The notes under the pieces are model-generated. The model saw only the letters and a program-made list of their open reading frames with translations. It searched no databases and had not been told where the DNA came from. Below, one piece after another: positions 36,601-49,700 of a stretch of 64,000 nt of DNA. The DNA is from Phoronis australis. Lineage: Eukaryota; Animalia; Phoronida. Position 1 is the first letter of the stretch. Each line of letters starts with the position of its first letter. The stretch covers positions 821,990-885,989 of the forward strand of contig NMRA01000087.1 in assembly GCA_002633005.1 (NCBI GenBank). The letters run 5' to 3'. The position numbers were made by a program, and so were the translations under genes.

Positions 36601-39600
36601 TTCTACAACATTAGACATTTGATTTATTGTACAATTCTGAGTCATATATGCATAGATAATGTTTCTGAGCACCGCTTCATCCACTTAGCAATAAATTTGC
36701 TTAAGTGTCAAACCTTGTGCAAAAACTGGCTTACAGATGACAATCAGGCTGTAAAACCATTGCAATTTGTTCAAAATGAACTCCAATATATTTCCTCTAA
36801 ATTTTACAAGTATTTGATAATTAAAGCAACATGTCTAGAGAGTATACTTGATGTTTCAGAGACTCTAAGTCTTGAAGCGATGATATTCTACTTAACTCCA
36901 AAAAGTTATTAGCAAAAAGTAAAACTGGGGAAACTTGAGTCTTTCATATAACTAGACAACACTAACGTGGCGGACACTACTGTTTATTTACCGTCTTTTT
37001 TGGCTCTTAAACCTCGTGTTGAACAAGACTCAATTAAGCTCAATTTAACTTTTTATTGGTTATGAGCTTTAAATTTGAAATGTACAAAGAAAACTTGAGT
37101 TTCGAGTTAACTTCACATTGATGTTCCTCTATTACTGAATCAAAACTCAGACTTGGATAGAAAAGGCGTCTGCTCCATCTAAGACTTGTGACGCAACAGA
37201 GCAGAAGGGGAAAACAGATAGAGCCCACTATTTGGATAACATCAGTGGTAGATTTGCATTATCCTGTCAGATGATAAGAGGAAGTAATATTTAACAGGAT
37301 CTGAATCAATTTCTCTGGTCTGTTCCTTGTTAAGGTCACTACATAGATGCTGTGCAAATCACTGCATGCATATAAATCCTAAGTACCTGATGAAGCAAAT
37401 TAGCCATGATGAATCATTTATGTAACAATGGTTCATGCAGAGTTTGAATTTAGCATTGAGGGGAAAAACACCTGTCGTTTAAAAAATTTTGCTTGTAGGC
37501 TTTAAAACCATATCAAACGCCTGGTATGCATCTCATGTAATCCCAAAAGGCCCTTTCACACTATGTTTTGGGGAGTTGCAGTCAATATGAACAGTTAACT
37601 TCTGTCCTGGATCGAAGGTAACAGCACCAGTTAACTTGGCAGAAAACAGGTGGATTTAACAGCAGAGTGTCGACGCTGCAGTGCAGTATGAACAGTCAAT
37701 TTCAGTCCTATCAAAGTTATCACCAAGTGCCACTGTTATCGTCAACAATGAAAGGGCAGTGTCGTCACTAATAGTTGCTTTGTATTTTGCTTGAATAATC
37801 ACGAAATTAAATTAGAAATAACTTTTAGTCAATTAGCATATGTAAATGTTTCCAGATTGCTACAAAAAATCTTAGTGTGCACGCGACGCATCAGCGCTAC
37901 CTTGCGATTACTTCAATGACAACAGCGTCACATGCTCTTTTACTTCGATCTACATTAACTACCAAAACCGGTGTGAACGGTTCAGTTAACTTTGCAGTTT
38001 ACATCGACAATCCGCTCACGCCCCATTTAAGTCAGAATGAAAGGGCCTTATATGAAGTTAGCAGACAGCTAGAATTTCATTGCAACATGTAGGAACCTCA
38101 TCATCTATGCTACATCACACAATGTTGTATCAGAGAGCCATTATCTATTGTTAGTCTGTGTACTCCACCTATTTGGACAGTGTCATTGGTTTACACTAAG
38201 AAGATGGGCTCACAACTGAGTACTAAACGTACAAAATAAAAAGTGGGAAGTATGGTTTTGTATTATTTTGTATTATTCTCTCCATGTCAACATTAACCCC
38301 ACTTTTCAAAAATTAAAAAAATAAGTAAGACAGATTCAGTGAAAACAGCTAGGTCATGTAATTTATTATGATTATTGGCCAAACAGCAGGATACGCAAAC
38401 AAGTTTCGATCATTAAAATTGGGGGTGGGTGGTAAGCCAAACATGGGCGGTAACCCGGACGAGTAAGGTAATATTACAATAATAGACGAATTTACACATC
38501 TCACCCATATCAACCGAAGTTAAAGGTTCCACTTTTGCAGTAAATTTTACTTGTGTCTTCTAATACATTTCATGTACTAAATATCATGGCTACTAGTAAC
38601 AGTGTCCGCCAAAACTGCATAATAGAAAAACAGGATTCACACCACTGGGTATAAAAACACATCATCAGGTCACATGAAAGTTAATGTTGAAGATTAAGCC
38701 ATTGAATCCTGAGTTATAACTATTTCATGTGGCACAACTGTTTTCCTTGAAACTGTACACCGAGTTCATCCATCCAACATAAGGGTGATTTCCATATGAA
38801 AGCTTTGTCCCCAATTTACGGGAAGGCACTTGATCTTCAATGTCAAAAATTAAGGAATTTCTATTTAGTTTGATCAAAACCCCGCTGGTTAAGTGGTAAT
38901 ATTAAAAACCCATCTGTAGATTTTTGCACGAAAATGTACCCTTTAGTAGATTTTCAGTGAATAAAGTTGGAAAAGTTGGCTTCAGATTAGAAATAATCTT
39001 AGAAAAAGCACCATTTCAAAAGAAAACTGCTCTTGAGATTTACCCTGTATACCAGCTGGCTTTACCCAACAGAAGATTGAAGGTAATTCACACATCATCT
39101 CCTCTTTAGCATGTGTAAAAGCACAGAGTGAATAAACAACAAAATTGGATGTGATGCCATATGGCTGTTTACAATGTGATTATGACTATATCTGATGTAC
39201 TCTGATATGGCCGATTTACACAGTATCTTGGGTAACCACACATCACTGAAAAAGGCTATATGGAAAGTTCCGAAATGGGCGTAATTTGGGAAATATGAAC
39301 TTTCCGGAAAATAATTTTCCATCCAAAAAGTGCCCAAGGGGACTCGTTTTTCTTGGTGAAAGGCCTCTGGAAAATCTGTGGAAAAAGTGTTTATGTGATG
39401 TCTGACCAGTTGAAAGACTCAAAATCTCAAAAATTTCATTAACAACATTTGCATGCTTGCAGGGGTCTTAAAAGGAGTAGTTGACAAGTCCTCAAATATG
39501 CAACAAGATTCGTCTTCTCGCTGCTATTTGCCGTGGTTGCTAAACCAAGCAGACAGGCATCTTACATGTAGAAAAACAACTCTAAGTTAGCTTTACAAAA

Positions 39601-42600
39601 CAACTGTTCTAATTCTTGAAAATATGCATGCAAATTAATAAATCACAATTTAGCACGCTAACAACTTTTTGTAAGAGAATTGAGATCCACTTGATACTTA
39701 ATTTCATTCTCACAAACATTTCAGTATACCGACTCAACCAATGCCTCTTGCAAGCAATTGAGCGGACAAAAATGAAGTTGATAAACTACGGGTAAATTAC
39801 ATGAAAAGAATCCAACATTGACACCCTAACTGGTGGAGATTGGGCAACTGGTCTGTTTGCCTACCTAGGAATCTGCCAGTTTAGATCAAAGACACCATGC
39901 TGTTGTGGTTAATTAAATTGCTCCAGGTTGCTGATGTTACGGTTATCTAGATAATGAGACCATCATAAACACATTGGGGGGCAACAATAGTATTTTTTAA
40001 ATTTTTGTTTTGAATGTTTGTAAATACCATATTTGAATAGTTTGTGAAAAGCACACAATTAGGTTTCTGAATTTGAAAATTGGACAGAAATGTGACCTTT
40101 ACAAACTCACACATTTGTTTAATCTTGCAATTACATGTTTATCATTAATTCTGCTGGGTGTGCAACATAATTGAGCCTACTACCAAATCGCCAGGCAGCA
40201 GATGGATTTTGAGATAAATTTATAAGGTTAGAAAACACCAGACCAACAATGGTTTATAAAGGACAGCAAAAATAAACAAAGTATCAGCTTTGGTGAAGTG
40301 TTTTGAAATGTGACACTTAAAAAGACCATGGACAATTGGTCATTGAAACTTACAGTGATGAGGATGATACACACATACAGTTCAAAGTCGGTCTTTGAAC
40401 TTATCAATCACATCACAAAATCTATAAGGAACATTATGAAACTGAGTCTATCAGAGTAAAATGCCTAAAAAGGCCATCATGAAATTGGTCTCACATTGTT
40501 CCTCAGTCAAGCTGGAGATTTCAGATCATTATTGGTTGAGACCAAGCACCACAAGTTGGGCTGTCACAGAGTGTTATTTACTGAGCTAAGCATGGTCTCA
40601 AGGAGTATCGGATGGACAGCTCATTGCAAACCCAAAACTCACTTATAATCTGAGTAGTTAATAACAAGTTGAGAACTATCTCTTAGTAGTAGGTGGTCTA
40701 AGTCATAAGTTCCTACTGGGACAGAACACAAATCTATAATGGCTTCATAAATGACCCTTAGTACGGATATGTGCCTATAGAAGCAGGGGTCAAAGGAAGA
40801 CGTGACCTTTAGCATAATACTTCCAATAGAGCTAAACCACAGGAAATTTTTAAAAATCACAACACAACCATAGCAAGCTTATGAGCAAGATATTCGCACC
40901 ACTTCAGAATATCATTCGAAAGATTTTAAATTTCTTGAAGAAATGTGAAACAAGCAGAGTGCCATGTAATCAAATCAAGATTGATGATGTCTGTGTTTCA
41001 ATTCTTAGGATGTAAATTTGACTAGACCTGGATATGATATAAAAATTAAGCAATGAAACACCGGTAAAAAACAGCAGTCTTATTCGTCTATTTTACAGTA
41101 TGCAAAAACTGGCATTTAAAACAAAAATCATATAAAATAGTTCCTGAGATTGATGAATAAATATTATTGAAAAGTTTTAGTGAAATCCACCAAGCTATTT
41201 TCAAGAACTTGTGTTCCAAAGTTCTAACTAAGTAAATTTGCTGAAGCCGAGAAATAACGAAAACGCCTTGAGTCGTCAAGTTTTTTGCTTAATTATTAGG
41301 GGAAAAACCAATTGTTTTCGGTCAATATGTCCTACACAAAAATGCTACTTACTTATTTCACAATTCACTCACAATGTCAACTGAATTTCTCATCATTAAC
41401 GTAATTATCACCAACAAACTAGGTGAGAGTAGGAGTTAACATCAGCAGGTCAACAGTGCATTGTGGTACGCAACATACGAACCACTGAGGACACTGAAAC
41501 TATGAAATGGAGAATCAAAATCGAGTACCAGTGGTTGAAGTGTGTCGTGATTGAAATAGCAAACTGTCAGATAACTGATGAAATTAATGAATTCGGGTGA
41601 GGATTTTTCTTTTTTCACAACTTGCCTTCGTTTGTGAAAACAAAGTGCTACACGCCAAAAGGAGACTCAGTGCATTTGTCGTTCATTATTAACAATCGTA
41701 TACACAGAAGCCCAACTCTGCATGTTTCTATGTTAGGAAAACCTTGTTTACTCAATGTTATGGTGACTCAGTGAATGAAAGGACTGTGAATTGTAGTTAC
41801 ATGTAGGGAACTGCACATGCCTGGCAGGAGATCCGACTTGAGTGACAGCTGTGTAACCTTTGAATTTGAATAAGTAGTAAACACATTTCCATTCGTTTGA
41901 AGGTGGTTCTGCAAAATCTTTCTTTCTCGTTACAATTTATATTTCGAATTTGAATTTCCTGAAAATGAAGATAAGGCATTTTGCAAGACGTATGTGAAGT
42001 ACTACAAAAATGGTCAATTTTTGTAAACAAGGTTTGAGATAACCTTAAATTGACTGGGCATTCAGGCAATTGCTGTCACTGCGAATAAATTAAGCCCCAC
42101 GCACTTAATCAGTACATTAGCTGGCCCACTCACAGGTGTACAGACTAAGCGAGATCAAATGACACCAGTGATGTCACTTCCCATGAGTGCCAGAATTAAA
42201 TAACTAGGATATACGGGAAATTAGCTCTTATGTGAATGGCTTTACCAAGATCTGAGTTGGCAAGTACGTGGTCGCAAAATGCAACCTCAATAGTGCTTGT
42301 GGCAACTTCAACTTGAACCCCACTCGTCAAAGTGTCCCCAATTTTTAGTTGCTCAACTTGGCAACTGTAACTTCAAGTTCCAAGATGCCTATCGCTTTTC
42401 ATGTTTTCTGAAAAACTTATTGATATGTTAAATTTTCCATCACATTTATGCACCAACTTTTCACAATCTCATCTTTAGATAGGATCACAAGGTTCAAGGT
42501 TGCAGACACATTTCGATAAGTACCCTTCGAGCACAGGGACATCTTTGGAGACTGTCGATGTCTTAAAATCATTCCTTCATAAACAAATAGTTGGGTAATT

Positions 42601-43512
42601 ACGATTTCTTAAAATTTGTCCCTCCATTCATAATCAAAAATGTTGACATTGTTATTTTACTGCCAATGTTCGAGAGTACCAATCATGGCAGCCATCCAGC
42701 ACTAGCGTAGCATATTAATGATTAGCTCATTCCTGAGTTCATGGATGTCGACCTCGATTATAAAATTTACATGAGACAGATATGCAAATCACAAAAAATA
42801 GCTAGTTCACACCTTGGATGTTGAATGAAGTGACATGTTTGAAAGGAATCTCAAATCCTGAAGAGTCTGTTCGAGTTGAAAGACATCGACAGCCTCCTAA
42901 AATTGTCCCTCAATATTCAAATGGTACAATGATACAATGTGACTTTGATAATTTTGTTCGGGTGAAGCATACTTTGGAGAAAATCTTACATTCTACATGG
43001 CATCACATATTATTAGTACACATTGTCATTGACTGATTGGTTTGATGAACATTTGACTTGACTACTTTCAGACACCAATAAACTGTTCTTGAAATATAGA
43101 AACACAATCATGGAATAGAGAATGGAAAACAAATGGCAGCTTGCGTTGGCAATTCACTGACAGTGACATTGCGTAAGCATGGGCGGCGCAGCACTGAAAA
43201 AAGTGGGGGGCTAAACCCCCGTGGTGCATCGCCTATAGACCATGTAAGGCGTAGGACTGAAAAATGGGGGCCATAATCCCCCCCCCCCAGCCCCCTATGG
43301 CGCGCCACCCATGGTAAGGACTAGGTCTAGGAACTGGTTTACTGGTACTGACTGAGTGCAAATGAAATCAGGATTCAGTTTTCCACACAGTTGGACAGTC
43401 TGCAAACGAAAACTCAAGATCCTGATTGTTTTAACACTTACCTTCCCAGATTCTGATCAGCTAATTGCTTCACCCGCAGTAAATTTTTCTTGAAATAGTC
43501 CTTTTTCAACAT
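12647..43512 (-). CDS. ARHGAP44: Rho GTPase-activating protein 17/44-like (RICH/Nadrin/SH3BP1 family; BAR + RhoGAP + Pro-rich tail), ~708 aa
   Basis: Exons 43512-43442 (MLKKDYFKKNLLRVKQLADQNLGR), 34851-34710 (AEKTEVLSEDL), 31902-31829, 31030-30842 (LTLDMDSAKAR), 28371-28254, 27077-26927, 26208-26081 (KPVYGTPLEDHL), 25330-25219 (GLFRIAG arginine finger), 24250-24166 (ALKLYLRELPEPLLT), 23737-23660, 23292-23173 (KMNASNMGIVIGPNLLW), 22364-22285 (HANWFFPG), 13946-13757, 13235-12647. Total 2127 nt in frame, ending in the PDZ-ligand-like DNTTL. The symbol could equally be ARHGAP17. Confidence 0.93.
16425..16808. mobile_element. Non-autonomous DNA-transposon-like repeat truncated by the assembly gap
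   Basis: Repeated AA(A/G)ATGGC(C/G)G motifs (CAAGATGGCGGACAAAATGGCCGAC, ATATGGCCGACAAAATGGCGGCC) running into the N gap. Confidence 0.55.
16809..17146. other. Assembly gap (N run)
   Basis: 338 N. Confidence 1.
17484..18181 (-). CDS. Alternative post-GAP exon of the RhoGAP gene (terminal or cassette)
   Basis: Phase-1 acceptor tttag|AT GTT GAG TTT continues WFFPG-DVEF and stays open for 698 nt to the stop at 17484. An internal in-frame donor-like GAG|gtaaac lies at 17666. Confidence 0.7.
23500..23577. repeat. Short direct duplication (~31 nt)
   Basis: TTTTGGCCTGTAGTTTACAGGTGTTATGTGA occurs twice. Confidence 0.9.
24533..24864. mobile_element. MITE with ~97-bp imperfect TIRs and TA ends
   Basis: 24533-24629 is inverted at 24768-24864 (e.g. 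TTCAAGCCTGCAGTTCAGGC / GCCTGAACTGCAGGCTTGAA). Confidence 0.85.
27500..27906. mobile_element. MITE with ~45-bp TIRs
   Basis: CAGGGCCCGGTCTCCAATCTTT... / ...AAAGATTAGAGACCGGGCCCTG; internal ACTCGAA and TTCGAGT repeats. Confidence 0.85.
27983..28104. repeat. Tandem duplication, 61-nt unit x2
   Basis: ATTTCAGCATAGAACTGTAATGTC(T/A)GGCAGACAACAGCAAGAATAGGC(A/C)ATTTGTAGT occurs twice. Confidence 0.95.
31090..31632. mobile_element. Possible Kolobok-like non-autonomous element
   Basis: Ends TAAGG...TAGGAC and GTCCTACAAAGCCTTAA; degenerate. Confidence 0.35.
32233..32573. mobile_element. MITE
   Basis: TIRs CAGGGCCCTAAATCACT / AGTGATTTAGGGCCCTG; subterminal GGACGCC repeats, also present at 33150-33190. 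Confidence 0.85.
36359..36468. repeat. Tandem duplication, ~59-nt unit x2
   Basis: GTGATTTAGGTGGCCAACAATGGCAAG...GAGAGGGTTTC(A/G)CACCAGC occurs twice. Confidence 0.93.
41175..41255. repeat. Dispersed repeat with an inverted copy at ~62360-62440
   Basis: GAAATCCACCAAGCTATTTTCAAGAACTTGTGTTCC matches the reverse complement of GGAACACAAGTTCTTGAAAACGGCTTGGTGGATTTC. Confidence 0.7.
43178..43313. mobile_element. Short MITE with a 5-bp flanking direct repeat
   Basis: TIRs CATGGGCGGCGC / GCGCCACCCATG; GTAAG on both flanks (43173-43177 and 43314-43318). Confidence 0.75.
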
Positions 43513-43715
43513 TGTCTTTGGATTTTACCGAACTGGGCGGTTATGAAAAACACATACTTCCTACATTTGCAGCCCGACCCGGAAGCTGGACGAACAGACA
43601 CGTGGGTCTGGTTTTAGTCTCTGTTATGTCTATTGTGATTGGATATCTGAAAAATTATATGTGTTATCATCCAATCATGTTTTGTTTCACAACTCAACAT
43701 GTATACATTTTAAAA
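43513..43715. promoter_or_regulatory. Compact bidirectional promoter and 5'UTRs shared by the RhoGAP gene and RRS1
   Basis: 203 bp between divergent ATGs. GC box 43535-43540, ETS-like ACTTCC 43556-43561 and CCGGAAG 43579-43585, E-box CACGTG 43599-43604, ATTGG 43638-43642 and CCAAT 43671-43675. Confidence 0.75.
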
Positions 43716-46700
43716 ATGGCTGACATCGTAGAAAGCGTGTTGAAGGCAGCTGAAGAGAGAGAAAGCAAGTTCAAAACAACCGACGTAAAAAAGGATATAG
43801 ATCTTTTATTTGACGAAGGCAATCTTCTTGCAACGGATCAAAACCCGTTAGACATTAAGCAATACCGGTTGGTATTCCCTTGTTAAATTTATTTTAAGTA
43901 TTCGTCTTGTTTTTTTTTTATTTCAACTTCAGGAGTTCAGTTGAAGTTGATACCTCTCGGAACTAGTCGGATATAATGGACCCTGATTTAGAGAACCAGT
44001 TTCATCCACTAAATAACGGGGCTGTTATTTAGTAACTGCCTGGTTCTCTAAGTCAGGGTCCATTATATCTGACTTGTGCCATACCTCTCAACTCGGCATT
44101 GAATTAATTTATTGTTGCAACTTATTGAATGTTCTGTACAGATCCACCATCTCAGTTGTCCTGAGTAGACACACATCACCTGTGTCCATGTGTGATACAG
44201 AAGCTTGTGAATTAGGTCGCAACCTAAATCCCCCTTTTCTGCTGGGACTCAAATTATCACATTTTACAGAAAAATCCACCTGTACCAAAATGGCGATACC
44301 TGAATCCGTGATCAGAGTCCAATGTTCAAACCATTCAGCCAAGTCTCATTTGGCATAACGGCAAACAGTTTGGAGAAGCTTATTTGCATTTTTGGACTCT
44401 ATGACATGTCACACACTGAATTCCCCTTAACCCTGGCATGCCTTCGGGCTATAAATCCGTGTAACACTCTTGACTTCCTAGAATTTGTTCTCTGCAATAT
44501 TCCGTGTGTCCTGGAATTTGTCCTCAGGGAAATTGTCTTTGTGTTCTGGATCCACCACCAGACCAACACCTTCTGCATCCACCACTTGGAAGCCTTGTCA
44601 ACTTATGTACACCTCAAGGGTTTGAGGGTCTTGCCTTAGTTGGCCGCCTGTGTTGAAAGATCGACAAGTACCAAGACTTGACCCCAGACTGGAGTCGGAA
44701 ATGTTTGGCAAAAAATGTACCGTAAACATTCGGGATAATGCCCTGGGCGGTTAAATTGGCAAACCCAAAAAATCGGGGGTGGGCGGTTAACCAGACATGG
44801 GCGCTTAAACGTAAAATTTCAAGAAATCCGGGGTGGGCGGTTAACCGAACATGGGCGCTTATTACGACAGACAACCGCCCTGGGCGGTTAATCTTACCTC
44901 GTGATTTAAGTCCCCACATGACACACGTACTCAGAACACGTAGCAGTTTTCAAAGAGGTTTATTGTCACGCCGTCAAATGACACACGTACTCGGAACGCA
45001 TAGCAGTTTTCAAAGAGCTTTATTGTCACGTCGTCAAATGACGGTAAAACTTCATAACAGCGGATGTTCCCAACAAAGGTTCTGTTGCCCTCAGATTAGT
45101 CATTCACAATTAAATTTGCAAAATTGCTGAGTAATAGACTCGTGCGGTATTGTTAGTTTGTTATAACTGTAGTGCGCAGACGACCAGTGACCACGCAGCG
45201 CTCCACTTAGATTGCAAGCAGTGACGCCGCAAAAGTGCGCGCGTGTAAGCTTCACGTGTTGCAGAGGTCACAGCTGACATCAAGGTTATAGTCCCGTGGT
45301 AGCTGTCAAGTTTTGAGTCAGAGAGCAGCATTAAAATTAGTTGTAATAAAGTTTGAAAAACTAATTCAGGTATTTTTTGTGTTTGGGATGTTTATAGTCA
45401 ACACTTTGTGACTCAATTACCACTTCCCGTTGCGCGAAACATGCTCGGCAAAGAAGTACGACAAGAATCGGGGGGGGGGGACACGAGCCAGTCGTCAACA
45501 AAACAAGAAGAAAATTTCGAACCACGGCATAAATATGTGATAAAACGTCACATAACAGCGATGTTTCAATTCATTCTTAAACGACCACCTTACCCAACTT
45601 TGTGGTGGAAAACACGCTTATTTTACATGCCAGATGTCCAGATTATATATCACATACACTATCGCACTGCGGCATTGGTCAGTCCCACTGTTGGCGCGCA
45701 ATGTCCAGGCAGACAATCTTGATTTGGAAAGGCCATCAATGACGGCTTCTTTCAATATGCGTCTCATTTTTAATGGCCAAAGATAGCGACGGGATTCAGC
45801 ACGCACGTAGGGCCTATGTATGAATAACCTGTCAATCATGTGTTGGTGTCAAGGTAACATGCACACAGTGTGGGAACTTACGCACGTGCACCGCTACAAA
45901 GTCACACATCAAAAGAAAACAGCGACAGTCCTAAGTAAAAGAAACCGGCGTGACGCTCGACTTCTAAGCTGTTGTTAGGAAAGACCCAGTGCTTTACGAT
46001 ATTCCTCCATTCCAATGTCCCCCAAAACTGCGATGTTAAGTCTACTTCGATATTTTACGGCTCGATGTTCCCTAGGCCCCATGTGCCATGTCCGTAGCTA
46101 GCTGCGTGCACCTCCTACCAACTATTGCCAATTTTCTGCCAGTCTGCGTCGTAGATATTTCAGGCTCGAATGGTAAGAATTTTATTCAGGCTGAAACTAG
46201 CCAATGTACAAACAAAATTATTCTGGATGACCAAAAAGGGGATATGGAAGCGATAATTCACACAGTCAGGCGAGGGTTGACGCAAGAAATCATAGTAAAG
46301 AACCACCAGCGACATTAGTTAANGCGGTTAAATTGAAAATCCACCTAAAGTAGTGGGTGGGCAGTTAACTGAGCATAGGCATTAACCCGAACGTTTACGG
46401 TAAATGCCCAATCTCTCCACATTCATTTGTCTAAAAATACAAGAGCGATGATGTGAATGGTGACAATCGTGGCAGTGTGATGATGTTGTTTTAAGCATTG
46501 TCATTGATGTTGTTAGTCTCGTTGTCCTTGATCTCATTTGTCTCTTTATGGACATCTTGTGGTGCGATTGTTGTTAGTGGCTTTGTTGTTGTGGTCATTT
46601 GCAGTTTTGGCAGTGGTTTCATGGCAACAACGCTGTCAATATTGGTGGCTTCACAATCGTTATCAGTGTTGAAGGCAGCATTGTCATCAATGTCTGTGTT

Positions 46701-49700
46701 TTTTGTCAGTACTTCTGTTGGGATTTTTCTTGTTGTCGGAAGCATAGTTATTGTCGTGATCTCTGAGGCCGTCGTCTGCAACATTGGTGTCGTGGGCATT
46801 GTTGTCTATGGTGTTGCTGACTTATCTTTAGTTGATTTCACCATGTGTCACTCGTCAGAGTGCTTTCACTATTTACTCAGTTACACAGTATTAGATGTAG
46901 TTTACTGCATATTGTATAGTCGTTGTGGCCTTGACTTCTGCATTACTCTCAACAGTCCGGTATACCCTATTATAAAGAGCCTGAACTTTGCTTGTAGCAA
47001 CTCACACCATTTGATTTCAGTTATTCATTTTACATCATTAATAAACTTTACGTTCACTTTATCTTACATTGTTGTCAAGTGTTTGTCAAGAGCATTGGTG
47101 GAAATACACATCTACTTTCAGGTCTAAGAAAGAAGAGTTTTTATTGAACCTTGCTCGAGATAACACACAACTTCTAATCAATGCAATATGGAAGCTTCCT
47201 GCTGAAAGGGTTGAGGATGCTGTTGTCTGCAAGGTAGGAAAGTAATGACTATGACATCGTCAGGTCTTCACCTGTCGAGGCCTGTTTTGGAAGTTTTATT
47301 TTTGCGAATTTTCTTGTGACTTAAGTTAGAACAAACACAATCTAATACTGTTAAGGTAATCAAATACCTTAAGGTTTGTTATCATGGACTGCATTTTGTG
47401 AATAATTTAAAAATAATAACTATAGTAAACCCATAAAACTATATATGGTACTTGTTACCTATACCTTTGCATCATGCTGGTTGTTGTACCTTTGAGAATA
47501 AAGAGGGCACCTCGAAATATGTCGGGGAAAATGAAGTTGTGTATTATGTGGCTATTTATTAAATGAAAACATCTGTTCCTAGATTCCTTGATTACCAAAA
47601 AATCTTATTGTTTGCATGAAAGCAATGCCCAGGTGTTGGTAATCACGTGACTGCGTTTTTTTGAAAAAACATCATTTTTCATGAACATCGCCTAATTTTC
47701 CACAAGCTCAAAAATATATTGTGCACGAAACTTGCAAATTCTGTTTCTTGACTGTCTGGCCTTTTAGCCTGAGCACTCATTGTCAGAAATCAAGATTTAT
47801 GTTTTTTCAAGGAATGTTGCAGACGTGAAGGCTTTAAAGTAAAATCCCAGGCATGATTTTGGTATTGGTGCTAATAATAGAGAAACTCAATATACGAGCT
47901 TTGTCAGAAAAAAATGTGTGGAAAATTTGATATCCTTGAATAAATCACATTTTTTAGAAAAAAACAGCCATGTGATTACGCTTATCTGTATTGAGCGTTT
48001 GTGCCCACGAGATTCTGTAATCATGTAGGATTTTAGTTTCATGGGTCTATTATTAAAGAGGTATTATTGGTTTTTCGGATGAAAAACGTAATTTTGGGAT
48101 TATTGTTGAATGTGATAGACTTCTTAAAGTTATATTACGTTTCACTAGAGCTATAAAACAGCAAAATCCATTGCATTTTTTATTTTATTACAAATCTTCA
48201 ATTCTCATTGTTGTCAGCCAGACATTAAGTGAAATCATACCTTAAGAAATTGAGCTTTCAGTGACATTTGATTCCCTGAATATAGCAAGGCTTGGAATTT
48301 TCCGCGGAAACACGGATTTCCGCTTTTTTCAAATGTTCTGTCCGCGCATTTTATTATATTTCCGCGTAAAAAAAATCGGATTTGATGTAAAATTTCCGCG
48401 GCAAATTCCTTTCTTACCAAGGCGTTGCCGAAAAGCGGAAGTTGCTCTTTATGTTTCGGAGGAATGTAAATTGTCAACATTGCCGAGGCATCTGGGATAG
48501 CGTGGTGGGATTTTCAATGGCGTCTCGTGTGATTGTAAACCGCGGTGACAAATACTACGGCTCTGCAGCCAAAANCCTAACACGGCGCTAAATCTTCAAG
48601 CTTAAAAAGTCGCGCTTAACCGAGAGGTGGGCGGTTAAATTGAAAATCCACCTAAAGTAGTGGGTGGGCAGTTAACTGAGCATAGGCATTAACCCGAACG
48701 TTTACGGTAAATGCCCAATCTCTCCACATTCATTTGTCTAAAAATACAAGAGCGATGATGTGAATGGTGACAATCGTGGCAATGTGATGATGTTGTTATA
48801 AGCATTGTCATTGATGTTGTTAGTCTCGTCCTTGATCTCATTTGTCTCTTTATGGACATCTTGTGGTGCGATTGTCGTTAGTGGCTTTGTTGTTGTGGTC
48901 ATTGGCAGTTTTGGCAGAGGTTTCATGGCAACAACGCTGTCAATATTGGTGGCTTCACAATCGTTATCAGTGTTGAAGGCAGCATTGTCATCAATGTCTG
49001 TGTTTTTTTGTCAGTACTTCTGTTGGGATTTTTCTTGTTGTCGGAAGCATAGTTATTGTCGTGGTCTCTGACGCCGTCGTCTGCTACATGGGTGTCATGG
49101 GCATTGTTGTCTATGGTGTCGCTGACTTATCTTTAGTTGATTTCACCATGTGTCACTCGTCGGAGTGCTTTCACTACTTACTCAGTTACACAGTATTAGA
49201 TGTAGTTTACTGCATATTGTATAGTCGTTGTGGCCTTGACTTCTGCATTACTCTCAACAGGCCGGTATACCCTGTTATAAAAAGCCGGAACTTTGCTTGT
49301 AGCAACTCACACCATTTGATTTCAATTATTCGTTTTACATCATTAATAAACTTTACGTTCACTTTATCTTACATTGTTTTCAAGTGTTTGTCAAGAGCAT
49401 TGGTGGAAATGCAATTCTACTTTCAGGTCTAAGAAAGAAGAGTTTTTATTGAACCTTGCTCGAGATAACACACAACTTTTAATCAATGCAATATGGAAGC
49501 TTCCTGCTGAAAGGGTTGAGGATGCTGTTGTCTGCAAGGTAGGAAAGTAATGACTGTGACATCGTCAGGTCTTCACCTGTCGAGGCCTGCTTTGGAAGTT
49601 TTATTTTTGCGAATTTTCTTGTGACTTAAGTTAGAACAAACACAATCTAATACTGTTAAGGTAATCAAATACCTTAAGGTTTGTTATCATGGACTGCATT

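Noticed and set aside
34852-43441. Hidden gene or alternative first exon in the 8.6-kb first intron of the RhoGAP gene
   Set aside because: Only short ORFs without homology; a donor-like site near 39866 has no in-frame ATG
46491-47127. 209-aa hydrophobic and 102-aa Thr-rich ORFs, their copies at 48738-49432, and a similar stretch at 1416-1696
   Set aside because: Intronic low-complexity GTT/GTC/GAT-rich sequence; the duplicate copy carries a frameshift; no recognisable domain
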